Part shown: piece after piece, positions 11,191 to 20,675 of the stretch
How positions within the stretch are numbered: the first letter of the stretch is position 1
Layout: the number at the start of each line of letters is the position of its first letter
DNA from: Botryllus schlosseri
Taxonomy: Eukaryota
Direction of reading: 5' to 3'
NCBI GenBank assembly: GCA_051294905.1
Contig: CM119371.1
Span: forward strand, 19,594,001 to 19,654,000
Length of the DNA stretch: 60,000 nucleotides
Notes under the pieces: model-generated
What the model was told of the DNA's origin: nothing
Database searches by the model: none
The model's input: the letters and a program-made list of their open reading frames with translations, nothing else
Program-made: the position numbers and the translations under genes

Positions 11191-11534
11191 TTTTTGAAAA
11201 GATTACCGAGTAAACCAGTGACGACGGGTAGGATGCTTGATAATAGAGTCATAAACATACCCCCATGCTGGTTAACAATACGTTTTTTATGTCGAATGGG
11301 GATGTCTTTCCTGACAAGTCGACGTAAACTACATTTATGAGCTGATAGTCGCTTTCTTTTATACTTTGAAAGAGGGATGTTACCGTTTAAAATGTTCTTT
11401 GTACAATCGCATATACACTCGATCAATTCTTTGCTGGCTCCCGATATAATTTGCTTGCGTATCTCGGGTTTACTTTTATGTAGGAACTCTAGTGTGGGTA
11501 TATGCCGCCGTGTCCGAGCTGGCACCTTCGTCAT
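11187..11534 (-). CDS. Basic core protein with adenovirus pX-like C-terminal amphipathic peptide
   Basis: Arg/Lys-rich body, then QHGG|MFMTLLSSILPVVTGLLGNLFKK (a protease-site-like GG followed by an amphipathic helix). Confidence 0.75.
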   Translation of the reverse strand: MTKVPARTRRHIPTLEFLHKSKPEIRKQIISGASKELIECICDCTKNILNGNIPLSKYKRKRLSAHKCSLRRLVRKDIPIRHKKRIVNQHGGMFMTLLSSILPVVTGLLGNLFKK

Positions 11535-11567
11535 TTTGAGTTTAAAGTCGTCTCTGTGCTTGGCTAT

Positions 11568-12179
11568 TTATACCAGCGGGCTATAAACCACCATGGTTTC
11601 ACCAGGAAATATATTGGTCATAACTCGTCGATTTTCAGGCGCTTCTTGCGTGACATCAAGAAATAAATAACCATGAGGTCGTCTAGCAGCGTCACGATAA
11701 GCCTCTGTTAAAAATCTAGAGTTTGGGTACATTTGTCGACCAAGAAAACTGATCTGCTGTTGGTCGCGCGGATTCTTGAAAATCACCATATACGAACTCG
11801 AGAGACTCAAGTCACGTGCTCCTTTACCCTTGTGGTACAGGTTCTGTGTGATATAGCAAATTGTCTTTGCCGAATGATGAGAAAATCTTGTAAAGTAGTC
11901 TGCAATTTTCGCTGTCTCAGTCATGAAATCATCCACTATAATCAAGGTGTCTTCAGAGCAAACCTTCAACTCTTCTAAAATATCTAGACCCGCGTGGAAT
12001 TCTACATTATGCATCGTCTTGAAAACCTCCTGATAATTATTGTAACAATATACGACCCTGGATACACTAGGTTTAATCATTGATGTCGCATGCCTAATCA
12101 GCTTTGCAACAAAAGTAGTCTTCCCACTTCTTGAAGGACCACTCACAATACACGCGAATGGGTGGATCAATTCCATCAT
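11568..12179 (-). CDS. DNA packaging ATPase (A32-like, FtsK-HerA superfamily)
   Basis: Walker A GPSRSGKTT, Walker B IIVDD, plus FTRFSHH, ITQN and KNPRD. Confidence 0.95.
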   Translation of the reverse strand: MMELIHPFACIVSGPSRSGKTTFVAKLIRHATSMIKPSVSRVVYCYNNYQEVFKTMHNVEFHAGLDILEELKVCSEDTLIIVDDFMTETAKIADYFTRFSHHSAKTICYITQNLYHKGKGARDLSLSSSYMVIFKNPRDQQQISFLGRQMYPNSRFLTEAYRDAARRPHGYLFLDVTQEAPENRRVMTNIFPGETMVVYSPLV

Positions 12180-12458
12180 TTGTTGTTTATTGAAAACTCG
12201 ATAAAGTGCATTTGTTTATATATCAACAAGGTTGGGAATATCCACTGTTGTAGTCATCTTGTTCTAGTGGAATATATAATCCCAGTAGAGTCCGATTTAA
12301 CAATTTTCCACGGGTTATGAAATCTTCATCTGTCCCTCATCGTCAGTGGAAGTTGTAGTGTTACGAACGCTTTATTCAGGTCATCAAGCAGCTGATCCCA
12401 AGCTGCAAAATAATAAATCACATAAGAGGATTCATAATAAGAGAGGATTCATAGCGCT

Positions 12459-12686
12459 TTAAAATCTAACAGTGTTTCTATAACAACTATAGTATTCACC
12501 CTTGGAACACTCTTTCAAATCTTTATGTTGTCTCGACACGCGTTGTTCGTATAATTCATGCGATATCTCTCGATTCAAATACAGCTCCACGAAGTGTACA
12601 TGATCGCGGCGTTGTACAAGTGTCTTTTCGTGTAACCGAGTCAGGTCTGGTTGTTCCAGAACAGATATTATGTAATCACTAGCCAT
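12459..12686 (-). CDS. Hypothetical protein, short paralog of the 12784..13332 ORF
   Basis: YIISVLEQPDLTRLHEKTL resembles YIESVMSELDLNSLHKETL. The ATG is directly preceded by the acceptor-like TTGTTTTACAG. Confidence 0.55.
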   Translation of the reverse strand: MASDYIISVLEQPDLTRLHEKTLVQRRDHVHFVELYLNREISHELYEQRVSRQHKDLKECSKGEYYSCYRNTVRF

Positions 12687-12783
12687 CTGTAAAACAAGAC
12701 ACAGATTTCAGGAAATATTATTACTAAAACGTTTTAGTTACAAGTTGACATTTCGAAAACACCCACAGATTGTAAACAAAGTT

Positions 12784-13332
12784 TCACCTAAAACTATCAG
12801 TGTTCACCACAGGATTATGTTCACAATGACCAAGGGAATCATGTTTGCAAAAATCATCGGTTGTAGCATCGCTACTTTCAGAGTCAGAACGAGTTCGTTT
12901 CAAACTGTTTGCAACTCGATGTTGATCAAGGAAAAATTGGAATTTTCGATGTCGCTTGCGGGTTCTCAAGTAGGCTTGTCTCTCTTCGTGACCGAAAAGC
13001 GGTATCCACGAACAATTTCTTCCCAGGACCACATGATTTGTAAGCTTTGCTCTGTTGAATAGGATGTGGTTATCACTCGGCATCTTTCGATCAGGAAATT
13101 GTAGTTGAAGTAGCGCTTCTATGCAGACACTTCGGTCACGGGTCCATTTCTCGTCTAGTTCCTGACGGCGCGCCTTGGATCGATCGGGTATCGTGCGGTC
13201 TTGTGAGTTGTCGTCGGTACCGTGAATCGAGAGCTGTGTTAATTCCTGCTCCAGTTCAAGCGTCTCTTTGTGCAAACTATTTAAATCCAATTCTGACATT
13301 ACTGACTCAATATATGAAATAGCGTTATCCAT
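12784..13332 (-). CDS. Hypothetical protein, 182 aa
   Basis: Open frame with an ATG at 13332 directly after the acceptor-like TTTGTTTTCCAG. The upstream in-frame extension is low-complexity and intron-like. Confidence 0.65.
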   Translation of the reverse strand: MDNAISYIESVMSELDLNSLHKETLELEQELTQLSIHGTDDNSQDRTIPDRSKARRQELDEKWTRDRSVCIEALLQLQFPDRKMPSDNHILFNRAKLTNHVVLGRNCSWIPLFGHEERQAYLRTRKRHRKFQFFLDQHRVANSLKRTRSDSESSDATTDDFCKHDSLGHCEHNPVVNTDSFR

Positions 13333-13429
13333 CTGGAAAACAAATGACACATCAACACATAAAAAATACAAATAAATCATAATAATAGCAGACACACAGA
13401 TAAAATACAATAGCACACAAAATATACAA

Positions 13430-16400
13430 TTACACATTCAATGGCAGGGTTGATACACCATCCTCGAGCACTCGGCGTTTGGCATAGAAATAGGAAAATG
13501 TTTTACGCTGTTGTTTGTATGTATAGACACCCCTATCTCTGCACCGAAACCCCTTGTTCACTCCCCCGACAGATTGCCTAGATGTCAAGACACCCAGGAA
13601 AGTTTCGAAATCGACTGGGTTGGATTTCTGGAGGCCTTTGGAAGCTAATTTTTTCTTTGGTCCATCACAAAAGTAATTTTTGGATTGGAGACCGCAGAAA
13701 GATGTACCACCCTCGTACTCCACTTTCATCAAACCCGGTTGACGAAGGTAATAGGCATACGTGTCTTTGCAACACTGTCGCGAACGGTCAAAAGAAACCG
13801 GATCAGCCAAAAACTCAGCTCGATGCTCGTCACAAAAATAGCGTGGAAACCAGTTCTCGTATTCCACATAAAATTCATCTCTTTTCTCGGGGATAAGGAT
13901 ATCGTCGAATGAGGCTGAATGCGAAAGATAGAGGGAGTCTGTGTCCATCATTAATAGCATGAAGCACTCGTCGCGGAAATATTTACACAAGCAGTCATAA
14001 AAAAACGAGAGCATCTTGAGCTTAGCATTGTTATAAACCCAGAACCCCACTTGAATACAGTTACCCCACTTGATCGTTTTAGGTCGCTTCGTTACTTCAA
14101 ATAGATCAGCGTTCAATTCATCATATTTCACAAAAAAGCGATCCTCAACATTGACATCCAATTCACTTTTATCACAGTAGGTGGTTCGTTTGAATTTACG
14201 TGGATTCATCAAGACCCGACCATAGCTGCTGTTTCCGGCTAATTTTTGTGTCAGGGCAATAATCTCTAGGTTAGGGTCACGGTCCCCAGCGCGTCGACAG
14301 TCTGAGACATTTTTCGCAAAGTTGTCAAAACAGGTCTTTTTTGTGAATTCGACCGCCTCATGGATTTTTGATATAATCAATCCGTGCTCTACATACCACT
14401 TGATCAAGTCAGAGGTCAACAAGATTTTCTTGCCCCAGTATGAAGCAACTAACATGCGCGTGGGTTTGGTGAGTAATTTACGATCAATGGCAAACTGTTT
14501 CATGTGTCCTGACAAATGCTCGCGAGACACCATCGTATTTTTGAATATCGGACATAGTTCAACAAACTTCCTTTGCAAATGTTTTGGCGTAAAAATATCG
14601 ACTGATAAACACCCAAAGAATGTACCGGTCATTACCATCTCCATCAATTTATGCGCGGTGACAGACTTGGTTCTATTCAATTGCGGTTGGATGCCATTAA
14701 GATATCGCACAATATCAGGATTTTCCTGTTTCTCCGTGCGCCAGTCACATTCCCATTTACATACGACTTGATAATTGAGGCTTTTGTAATAATCATGAAC
14801 ACGTTTAGTTCGTTCTCGACGTTCCAAGTCATCACAGCCAAATCTGCACTGATGTGCATGAAAATGACACCCAAGAAAAGACAAGATTACCCCCTGACCA
14901 GCTGAATTACGATAGAACCCATCGGCAGGATAATTACGAGCTCCTACGCGTATTTCAGGTCCATTAAAAGCATGGTGGACATGTACATTGTGAATGTGAG
15001 AATACCAGTTTAACCATTGAGCTGCTGTCCCCCCCCATTTCGGTGCGGTCTTCACCGGTTTGAATTTAGTACACTCAGCATCGAGTGGTTGCCAATGTAC
15101 CGGGAAACCAGTTGGACTAGGTTCACTCAAAGCAAAAAGGTATAACGAATTGCTGTCCAGCCCTGTTACATGTTGGGTAATCTGAGCGTTTTCCTTGTAA
15201 AAAAATTCTTTGATTCGAGTTTCACCCTGTTTTTGATATCGATGGAAAATGACTGACGGTCCACCCACTAAATTGTCTCTGAATAGCGAAACCAGATCCT
15301 GGTGTTTATCATTGAACAAGGTAAAATCACGTGGGATGCTATTGAAAAGATGCCTCGATACAACCCCGGGTAGGGAGACAGCTTCTTTGAATATATCCAC
15401 ACTGAACTGACTTTTGAAAGATTGAAATTGTTTTTCTAACCCCTCAATGAAGTAGTGAGTATCGATTGCGTTGTACCATTTGAGATAATCACGTAAAGTT
15501 GTCATTTTGTTATCATTCCAAACCTTCAAACAGTTTTCATATTCAGCTGTGGAGATATTACGACCCTTTAGCGAGCTGTAAAAGTCGCTGTGGCTAGGAA
15601 GACTCGTATAATCCAGCTTTTCTAAACTAGTCAGAAACTCATACGGAAAATGACCCTTAGCGGCGCTACATTTGAAGGCCTTCAAATAAGCATCGTACGA
15701 GAACCCGGGTGCCAAGTAATTCACAATATCCAAAAATTTAAGTCTGTTAGTTGTCAACGAGAGGAAGTTGTTACCTCGTTTCAATACATTCAGATTTTCA
15801 TCAACGAGTAAACCCATCAAGTACTCTTTGAGACAGTTCAAGTCATACCGACCACCATTGAACGACAAAACAGGGATTTGTTTTAAATATCGCATAAACT
15901 CCTCTTGTAAACGTTCAAGAGGTATTTTTCTTTCGGAAGGATCGAGCGCTCTCATTTCGGTAATTTTAGTTTCGAGCATGTCCAAGTAGTGTTGATATTC
16001 CGTCTGTAGCAACCTAAATGACTCACTTTGAATATCATGAAAATGATCAACCATTTCCGCACACAAGTCATTTGGGTCACCGTTCGAGACAATTACATAC
16101 GGTTCCAAGAACCCTTCCACATTAGAAGAGATGCTAACCGAAATGGGAATATGTTTACACTCCCATGAAGTTTTGGAGGAATCTGGAATATCACACTTTT
16201 CAAACATGCTCTCTATGTCGAACGCGATACGGTATTTGAAATAACGAAGCTGGTGAGGAACAAACACCCCTTCTAAATCAAGCTTTTCAAAGATGTTCAG
16301 AGGAGGTGTATACACGCCACCTGGAAACACTTCAACGACACCCGTTGTACATTTGTGTCTGGTCAATTCATACTGTTCGTTAAATAATCGTAGACAAACA

Positions 16401-17023
16401 TCACATTTATAGGTCTCTATATACCGCCTCATGTCAGTAATGAGACAGAAGTGTGCATGTTCTAAATGTAAGTACACAGGTTTCCCTTCAAACGTACTAC
16501 GTCGGAGAGCGCTAGCTTTACCCTCGGTCTTGGTGTATACAAATATAGCGACATTAAACAAATCCTCGATATCATCCAACATGTCAAGAGTCACACCGGA
16601 TTCTACATTTACACCATATGCTGAAGTGAATTGTTGGGCCATTGCTTTGGTGTCTTTACCTATCGAGTGACCAATACAGCGAAAAGCGCAGAGATTGTCA
16701 TTGTACCGATTCTTATTTTTCCGACGTGTAAATGGCATGATCGATTTCGACTGCGCAAGCCATGTCGGTAGTTTAATACCAACACAACCAATCAACACAC
16801 CCTCGGTAGGATATTCATATAACTGCGGGTTGATCAGACAGATCGATTGGGTATCTGGGAAAACATCCGACCGCTTACGGTTCAAGTCGTGAATATTATA
16901 CACACGGTTACTGTTCACTACATACGATTTCACCGCTTGCCAGTTCTGAGATGTCATTTGTTGTTTTTGGTTGTCGATCTCTGGCGGTGCGTGTTCTTTA
17001 TGATTCCAAAGGTGTCGAGTCAT
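13430..17023 (-). CDS. Protein-primed family B DNA polymerase (pPolB) with a Vsr-like nuclease insertion
   Basis: Exonuclease motifs FDIES, FNGGRYD, YNAID. Polymerase motifs DSNSLY, KLAGNSSYG, MDTDS. Inserted ADGF...GCHFH...WECDW. ATG at 17023 follows TTTTTACAG. Confidence 0.97.
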   Translation of the reverse strand: MTRHLWNHKEHAPPEIDNQKQQMTSQNWQAVKSYVVNSNRVYNIHDLNRKRSDVFPDTQSICLINPQLYEYPTEGVLIGCVGIKLPTWLAQSKSIMPFTRRKNKNRYNDNLCAFRCIGHSIGKDTKAMAQQFTSAYGVNVESGVTLDMLDDIEDLFNVAIFVYTKTEGKASALRRSTFEGKPVYLHLEHAHFCLITDMRRYIETYKCDVCLRLFNEQYELTRHKCTTGVVEVFPGGVYTPPLNIFEKLDLEGVFVPHQLRYFKYRIAFDIESMFEKCDIPDSSKTSWECKHIPISVSISSNVEGFLEPYVIVSNGDPNDLCAEMVDHFHDIQSESFRLLQTEYQHYLDMLETKITEMRALDPSERKIPLERLQEEFMRYLKQIPVLSFNGGRYDLNCLKEYLMGLLVDENLNVLKRGNNFLSLTTNRLKFLDIVNYLAPGFSYDAYLKAFKCSAAKGHFPYEFLTSLEKLDYTSLPSHSDFYSSLKGRNISTAEYENCLKVWNDNKMTTLRDYLKWYNAIDTHYFIEGLEKQFQSFKSQFSVDIFKEAVSLPGVVSRHLFNSIPRDFTLFNDKHQDLVSLFRDNLVGGPSVIFHRYQKQGETRIKEFFYKENAQITQHVTGLDSNSLYLFALSEPSPTGFPVHWQPLDAECTKFKPVKTAPKWGGTAAQWLNWYSHIHNVHVHHAFNGPEIRVGARNYPADGFYRNSAGQGVILSFLGCHFHAHQCRFGCDDLERRERTKRVHDYYKSLNYQVVCKWECDWRTEKQENPDIVRYLNGIQPQLNRTKSVTAHKLMEMVMTGTFFGCLSVDIFTPKHLQRKFVELCPIFKNTMVSREHLSGHMKQFAIDRKLLTKPTRMLVASYWGKKILLTSDLIKWYVEHGLIISKIHEAVEFTKKTCFDNFAKNVSDCRRAGDRDPNLEIIALTQKLAGNSSYGRVLMNPRKFKRTTYCDKSELDVNVEDRFFVKYDELNADLFEVTKRPKTIKWGNCIQVGFWVYNNAKLKMLSFFYDCLCKYFRDECFMLLMMDTDSLYLSHSASFDDILIPEKRDEFYVEYENWFPRYFCDEHRAEFLADPVSFDRSRQCCKDTYAYYLRQPGLMKVEYEGGTSFCGLQSKNYFCDGPKKKLASKGLQKSNPVDFETFLGVLTSRQSVGGVNKGFRCRDRGVYTYKQQRKTFSYFYAKRRVLEDGVSTLPLNV

Positions 17024-17400
17024 CTGTAAAAATTGATACCGCGTGGTTACATTCAACACTTGGGAATATTAAACTAGTGTTACTTACAATGCGGTTTCTT
17101 TTTCGGTATCTTCCTTGGATCTTTATACTAAACAAGTAACACGTCAAACTATGTCACTAACATAGTAATATAACAGATAACTCACCAGTAGACTTGTGTA
17201 TCCCACTTAATCATTGAGTTCGCTTTGTCTGTTCAACAACAAAATCATTACATCATGCTTAATAGTTCTACACAGTAATAACTCACCGTTTCAATTCTTT
17301 AATCCCACGCTCGTTTTGTCTGGTGGATAAATAAATAACAAATTATATTCATAAATCAAAGTATTCGCATCGAATAACTTACCTATTAAACCCTTAATCC
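17024..17400 (-). other. Putative spliced non-coding leader of pPolB (4 introns of 58-64 nt)
   Basis: GTRAGT donors at 17382, 17286, 17185 and 17087; AG acceptors at 17320, 17229, 17128 and 17024. Confidence 0.65.
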
Positions 17401-17726
17401 TGTGTCAATGTAATCTCTATATGTAAACTATTCAAATCTAATGACATAACCGACTTGAGATATGAAATAATGTTATCCACCTGGAAAACAAACGATACAT
17501 TAACAAACAATAAAAAAAATCATATTAAACAAACAAAATGTACAAATATATCCAAATAACACCACACGCAATACATACAAGTACATCTCAATAAAATTCA
17601 ATGACGGGATCATTTTCTTGGATCATTATGAGAATGATTGAGATCATGAAAAGACACATCGGCGTCTTAGTTTTTCGACGTATAAATAAATGATTGTGCA
17701 AGTCCTGGTGGTATTTCGATATCAGC

Positions 17727-18215
17727 TCAACCAATCAGTAAACGACTCGTAGGGTATACATAAAACTGGACATTAGTCAGACACACTGGTAGTGACTTTG
17801 TATCTGCTCGAGAGTTTTGTAACAAATCAAGTGCGGTTTCCAGGCGAATAGATTCAACAAATTCATCAAACTCAGATAGTGTTGAAATTAGCGCTGGTGT
17901 TTCTAATACACTATCGACGTTCGCCGACGCATGAAAATAACGAAATCGCAGAGTCTCAGTGTGATATAAAATAAAGGCATGTGCGTAGTTCACTTTAAAG
18001 GTATGTGACTCAGAGAAAAATATAGCTTGTATATCACGGAAAACATCCGCTAGCTCCCGACCGATGACTCGAATATTATACACATGACCAGTCTTTTTCA
18101 CTACATACGATTTTATCGCTTGCCAGTTCTGATTTACAACTTCTTGACGTTCGTCCCCAATCTCTGGTGGTGCATTCGGTTCTTCGCGAACACGATTCCG
18201 TCTGCGTCGACTCAT
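17727..18215 (-). CDS. Stand-alone pPolB N-terminal-domain protein (putative terminal protein), 162 aa
   Basis: Both ends align with the pPolB N-terminus (APPEI...QNWQAxKSYVV...VYNI...DVF and CLxN.Q.Y.YPT..LIG). It holds about 79 aa that are absent from pPolB. Confidence 0.75.
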   Translation of the reverse strand: MSRRRRNRVREEPNAPPEIGDERQEVVNQNWQAIKSYVVKKTGHVYNIRVIGRELADVFRDIQAIFFSESHTFKVNYAHAFILYHTETLRFRYFHASANVDSVLETPALISTLSEFDEFVESIRLETALDLLQNSRADTKSLPVCLTNVQFYVYPTSRLLIG

Positions 18216-18600
18216 CTGTAAAATTAATAACACGCGGTCAAATTCAGCACTTGGGGAACATTAAACTAGTCTTACTTACAATCTAGTTTCTTTGCCGGTG
18301 TCTTCGATTCTTTATGCTTAATAAAACAAGCAACACATCAATCTATGTCCACTAACGTTGTGTTATAGCGGATAACTTACCAGTAGACTCGTGCGTTCAA
18401 CTTGAGTTTGCTCTGTCTGTCAACAACATAGAGAATTACATCATGTTCACTAGTTCTAAACAGTAATAACTCACCTATGCAATTCTTTACTTCAATTCTG
18501 ACGCTTGTTTTGTCTGTAGGATAAACGAATAACATATTATATTCATAAATCAAAGTAATCGTGCCGAATAACTTACTAATTAACTCCTTATCCGGCAATC
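18216..18600 (-). other. Paralogous spliced non-coding leader of the 162-aa ORF
   Basis: GTRAGT donors at 18576, 18474, 18380 and 18279; acceptors at 18514, 18417, 18317 and 18216. Confidence 0.65.
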
Positions 18601-18817
18601 TGCGATCGAATATACCCAACCAGTAAGCCACGTTGTTCACCGCTCGACACCCGGAGAGAAAGACCTAAACCGCTGATTCGAGATTACAAGAGCACCAGCG
18701 CCGCTAGTGGTTGTGCTTTCAGAAGCTATTGTTTATTTATGGCTCTAATGTAAAATCTGAAACGGAAAACAGAAATTGAGAATAGACACTCACAACAATG
18801 AAAATCATTCAGCCCAA

Positions 18818-19696
18818 TCACAAATTATACTTCAATTTCGTTCTAATTTCTAGAAGTCGATGCAAGTACTCATCGGTTGCGGTATTTAATTCAGGCTGAA
18901 TCTCATCAAGACTCCAACGCTGACCCTTGACAGTAAGCAATCGTTTGATGTCAGCCATGAGCTTTGTGACAGTCAAATTTTTTTTCTCCGTCAACGAATC
19001 AACATAACATAGTATTGAACCTAAATGCGGTTTAACAACGTCAATAGTCTGGAGGTAGGTGACCATCTTGTCAACTGTGTATTGACATAACTTTTCTTCC
19101 TGCTTCTTTTTTCCCTTCACGTCGTCGCGAAAATCATCGTCACTCGCACTTTTAGATTTCACAGGTTTCTTACCAACCTTCTGTCTGGGTTCGGTACGAT
19201 TCAAATTTTTCGATTTCCCATTGCGAAGCTGTTTAGCCGGTGGTATGCCCGCCGTTGTCGATGTGGTTCTTTTTCGAGTCGGCTTGCCGGTTGATACAGA
19301 TTTAGGAGTATCAGTCGCCGATAGCAACCCCGCGGGGCGCGGTATCGTCATCCCAGAAGTCGACGGTTTCTCGGGATTCGGTAATTCGTTGCTAACGGCT
19401 GTCTCGTCGGTCGGTACACACGGTATCGTCACCAAGTTCGTGAGATCGTTAATCGCGCTTTCTCTAGCTAGTTGACCCGACTTCAACCACGCCTGGCGCG
19501 CTATATCTGTATAGTTTGACTGCATTTCGATCGTTGCCGTAAGGTCGCGTTCTGCGGATTCAACTCTTAAATCCGGTGTCATCAGATCACCAGGATTAAT
19601 CACTTCAAAGATATCCGCGTTCTCTTCAAATTGCGATTCGAATGCATTTGGTTCATAACCAAATTTGTCAAGATTATCTATCTGAACCTCGGCCAT
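18818..19696 (-). CDS. Hypothetical protein, 292 aa (acidic N-terminus, basic disordered middle, helical C-terminus)
   Basis: Long ATG-initiated ORF with a TATA-like TATAAATAG about 85 nt upstream. No family recognised. Confidence 0.8.
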   Translation of the reverse strand: MAEVQIDNLDKFGYEPNAFESQFEENADIFEVINPGDLMTPDLRVESAERDLTATIEMQSNYTDIARQAWLKSGQLARESAINDLTNLVTIPCVPTDETAVSNELPNPEKPSTSGMTIPRPAGLLSATDTPKSVSTGKPTRKRTTSTTAGIPPAKQLRNGKSKNLNRTEPRQKVGKKPVKSKSASDDDFRDDVKGKKKQEEKLCQYTVDKMVTYLQTIDVVKPHLGSILCYVDSLTEKKNLTVTKLMADIKRLLTVKGQRWSLDEIQPELNTATDEYLHRLLEIRTKLKYNL

Positions 19697-19777
19697 TGTA
19701 TAATAATTAATCTAACTGCTCCAACCAACGTTTATGTCTGCGACAGCGAAGTATAACAATCGACTCGTGGGTGTTGG

Positions 19778-19787
19778 CTATTTATAG
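19778..19787 (-). promoter_or_regulatory. TATA-like element TATAAATAG (also at 9789-9798 and 11564-11573)
   Basis: The same 9-mer lies upstream of three minus-strand gene starts. Confidence 0.5.
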
Positions 19788-20159
19788 ATTTAATTTGATA
19801 GTAGCACGCGGTTGGATGGAAAATAATTCGGCGTGCAGGTCATTCGAAATATAGGTCGCACGCACACTGCGTAATCCTCAGAACCGATCGCGTTTCCGAC
19901 TTTCAGAACCGGACGTATTTAGTGTGTCACAGATCAAAACGTCGCTACAGATATCTGATTTTTCAAAATCGCACAGCGCACTGCGCTTTAGTGAATTTCC
20001 TGTTTAGCGCAACGGCCGATTTTTATTGCGCCACACATGTCAAACGCACCCGCCAACATCTGTTTTTTCGAAATCTGAGCGGTGTATTTCACCATTTTAA
20101 CACATTGTGGTGTCATTCTCATGGTTTACTTTTTCAGTTGATAGTTACATATACTCGTT

Positions 20160-20513
20160 ATGGCAACTAGCGCGATTATTGAGAATTATCTTCTGTACTA
20201 TCATAACTTGACAACCCCCACATTGAGCGAAACGGAAAAATTCATTCACGGAGTACTAGATTTCTATGTACATGGAGAAAACGTGAGCCGTGTTCGAAAG
20301 TGCGATTTTACCACATTAGTTAACTCGATTCGATCATACGGCATCGACTGGAATGGGGTTTTTAGTGTCATAAGCATTGCGGCGATGAAAAGTGACATAC
20401 GTACCCTAGCGGTGTACAGAGATTTAGCAACAGACATCTTGAATACTCACTACAGTACATTGATAAGTGACTGGGTAAGAAGAAAATTCATTCGTGTCGT
20501 TTGTCGCTTGTGA
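20160..20513 (+). CDS. Putative divergent Bcl-2-like protein, 117 aa
   Basis: All-helical. FTTLVNSIRSYGIDWNGVFSV resembles BH1 (DGxNWGRIV) and LISDWVRR resembles BH2. Similarity judged by eye only. Confidence 0.45.
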   Translation: MATSAIIENYLLYYHNLTTPTLSETEKFIHGVLDFYVHGENVSRVRKCDFTTLVNSIRSYGIDWNGVFSVISIAAMKSDIRTLAVYRDLATDILNTHYSTLISDWVRRKFIRVVCRL

Positions 20514-20675
20514 ACGGTATCATTTCTTACAGAACTCCTGTAAAGTTTATTTCAATCCAAGTCTATTCACGCGGGTCATCAGGATTATACAAAGACTGTT
20601 AACTCACTCAATACCACCCACCTAATTCTATAAATATCGACGGATTTGTTGATGACTCTCACTTTACCAAACGAT

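Noticed and set aside
18377..18640. 87-aa ORF upstream of the TP-like gene
   Set aside because: It has a non-ATG start, runs through predicted introns, and is not kept open in the paralogous copy.
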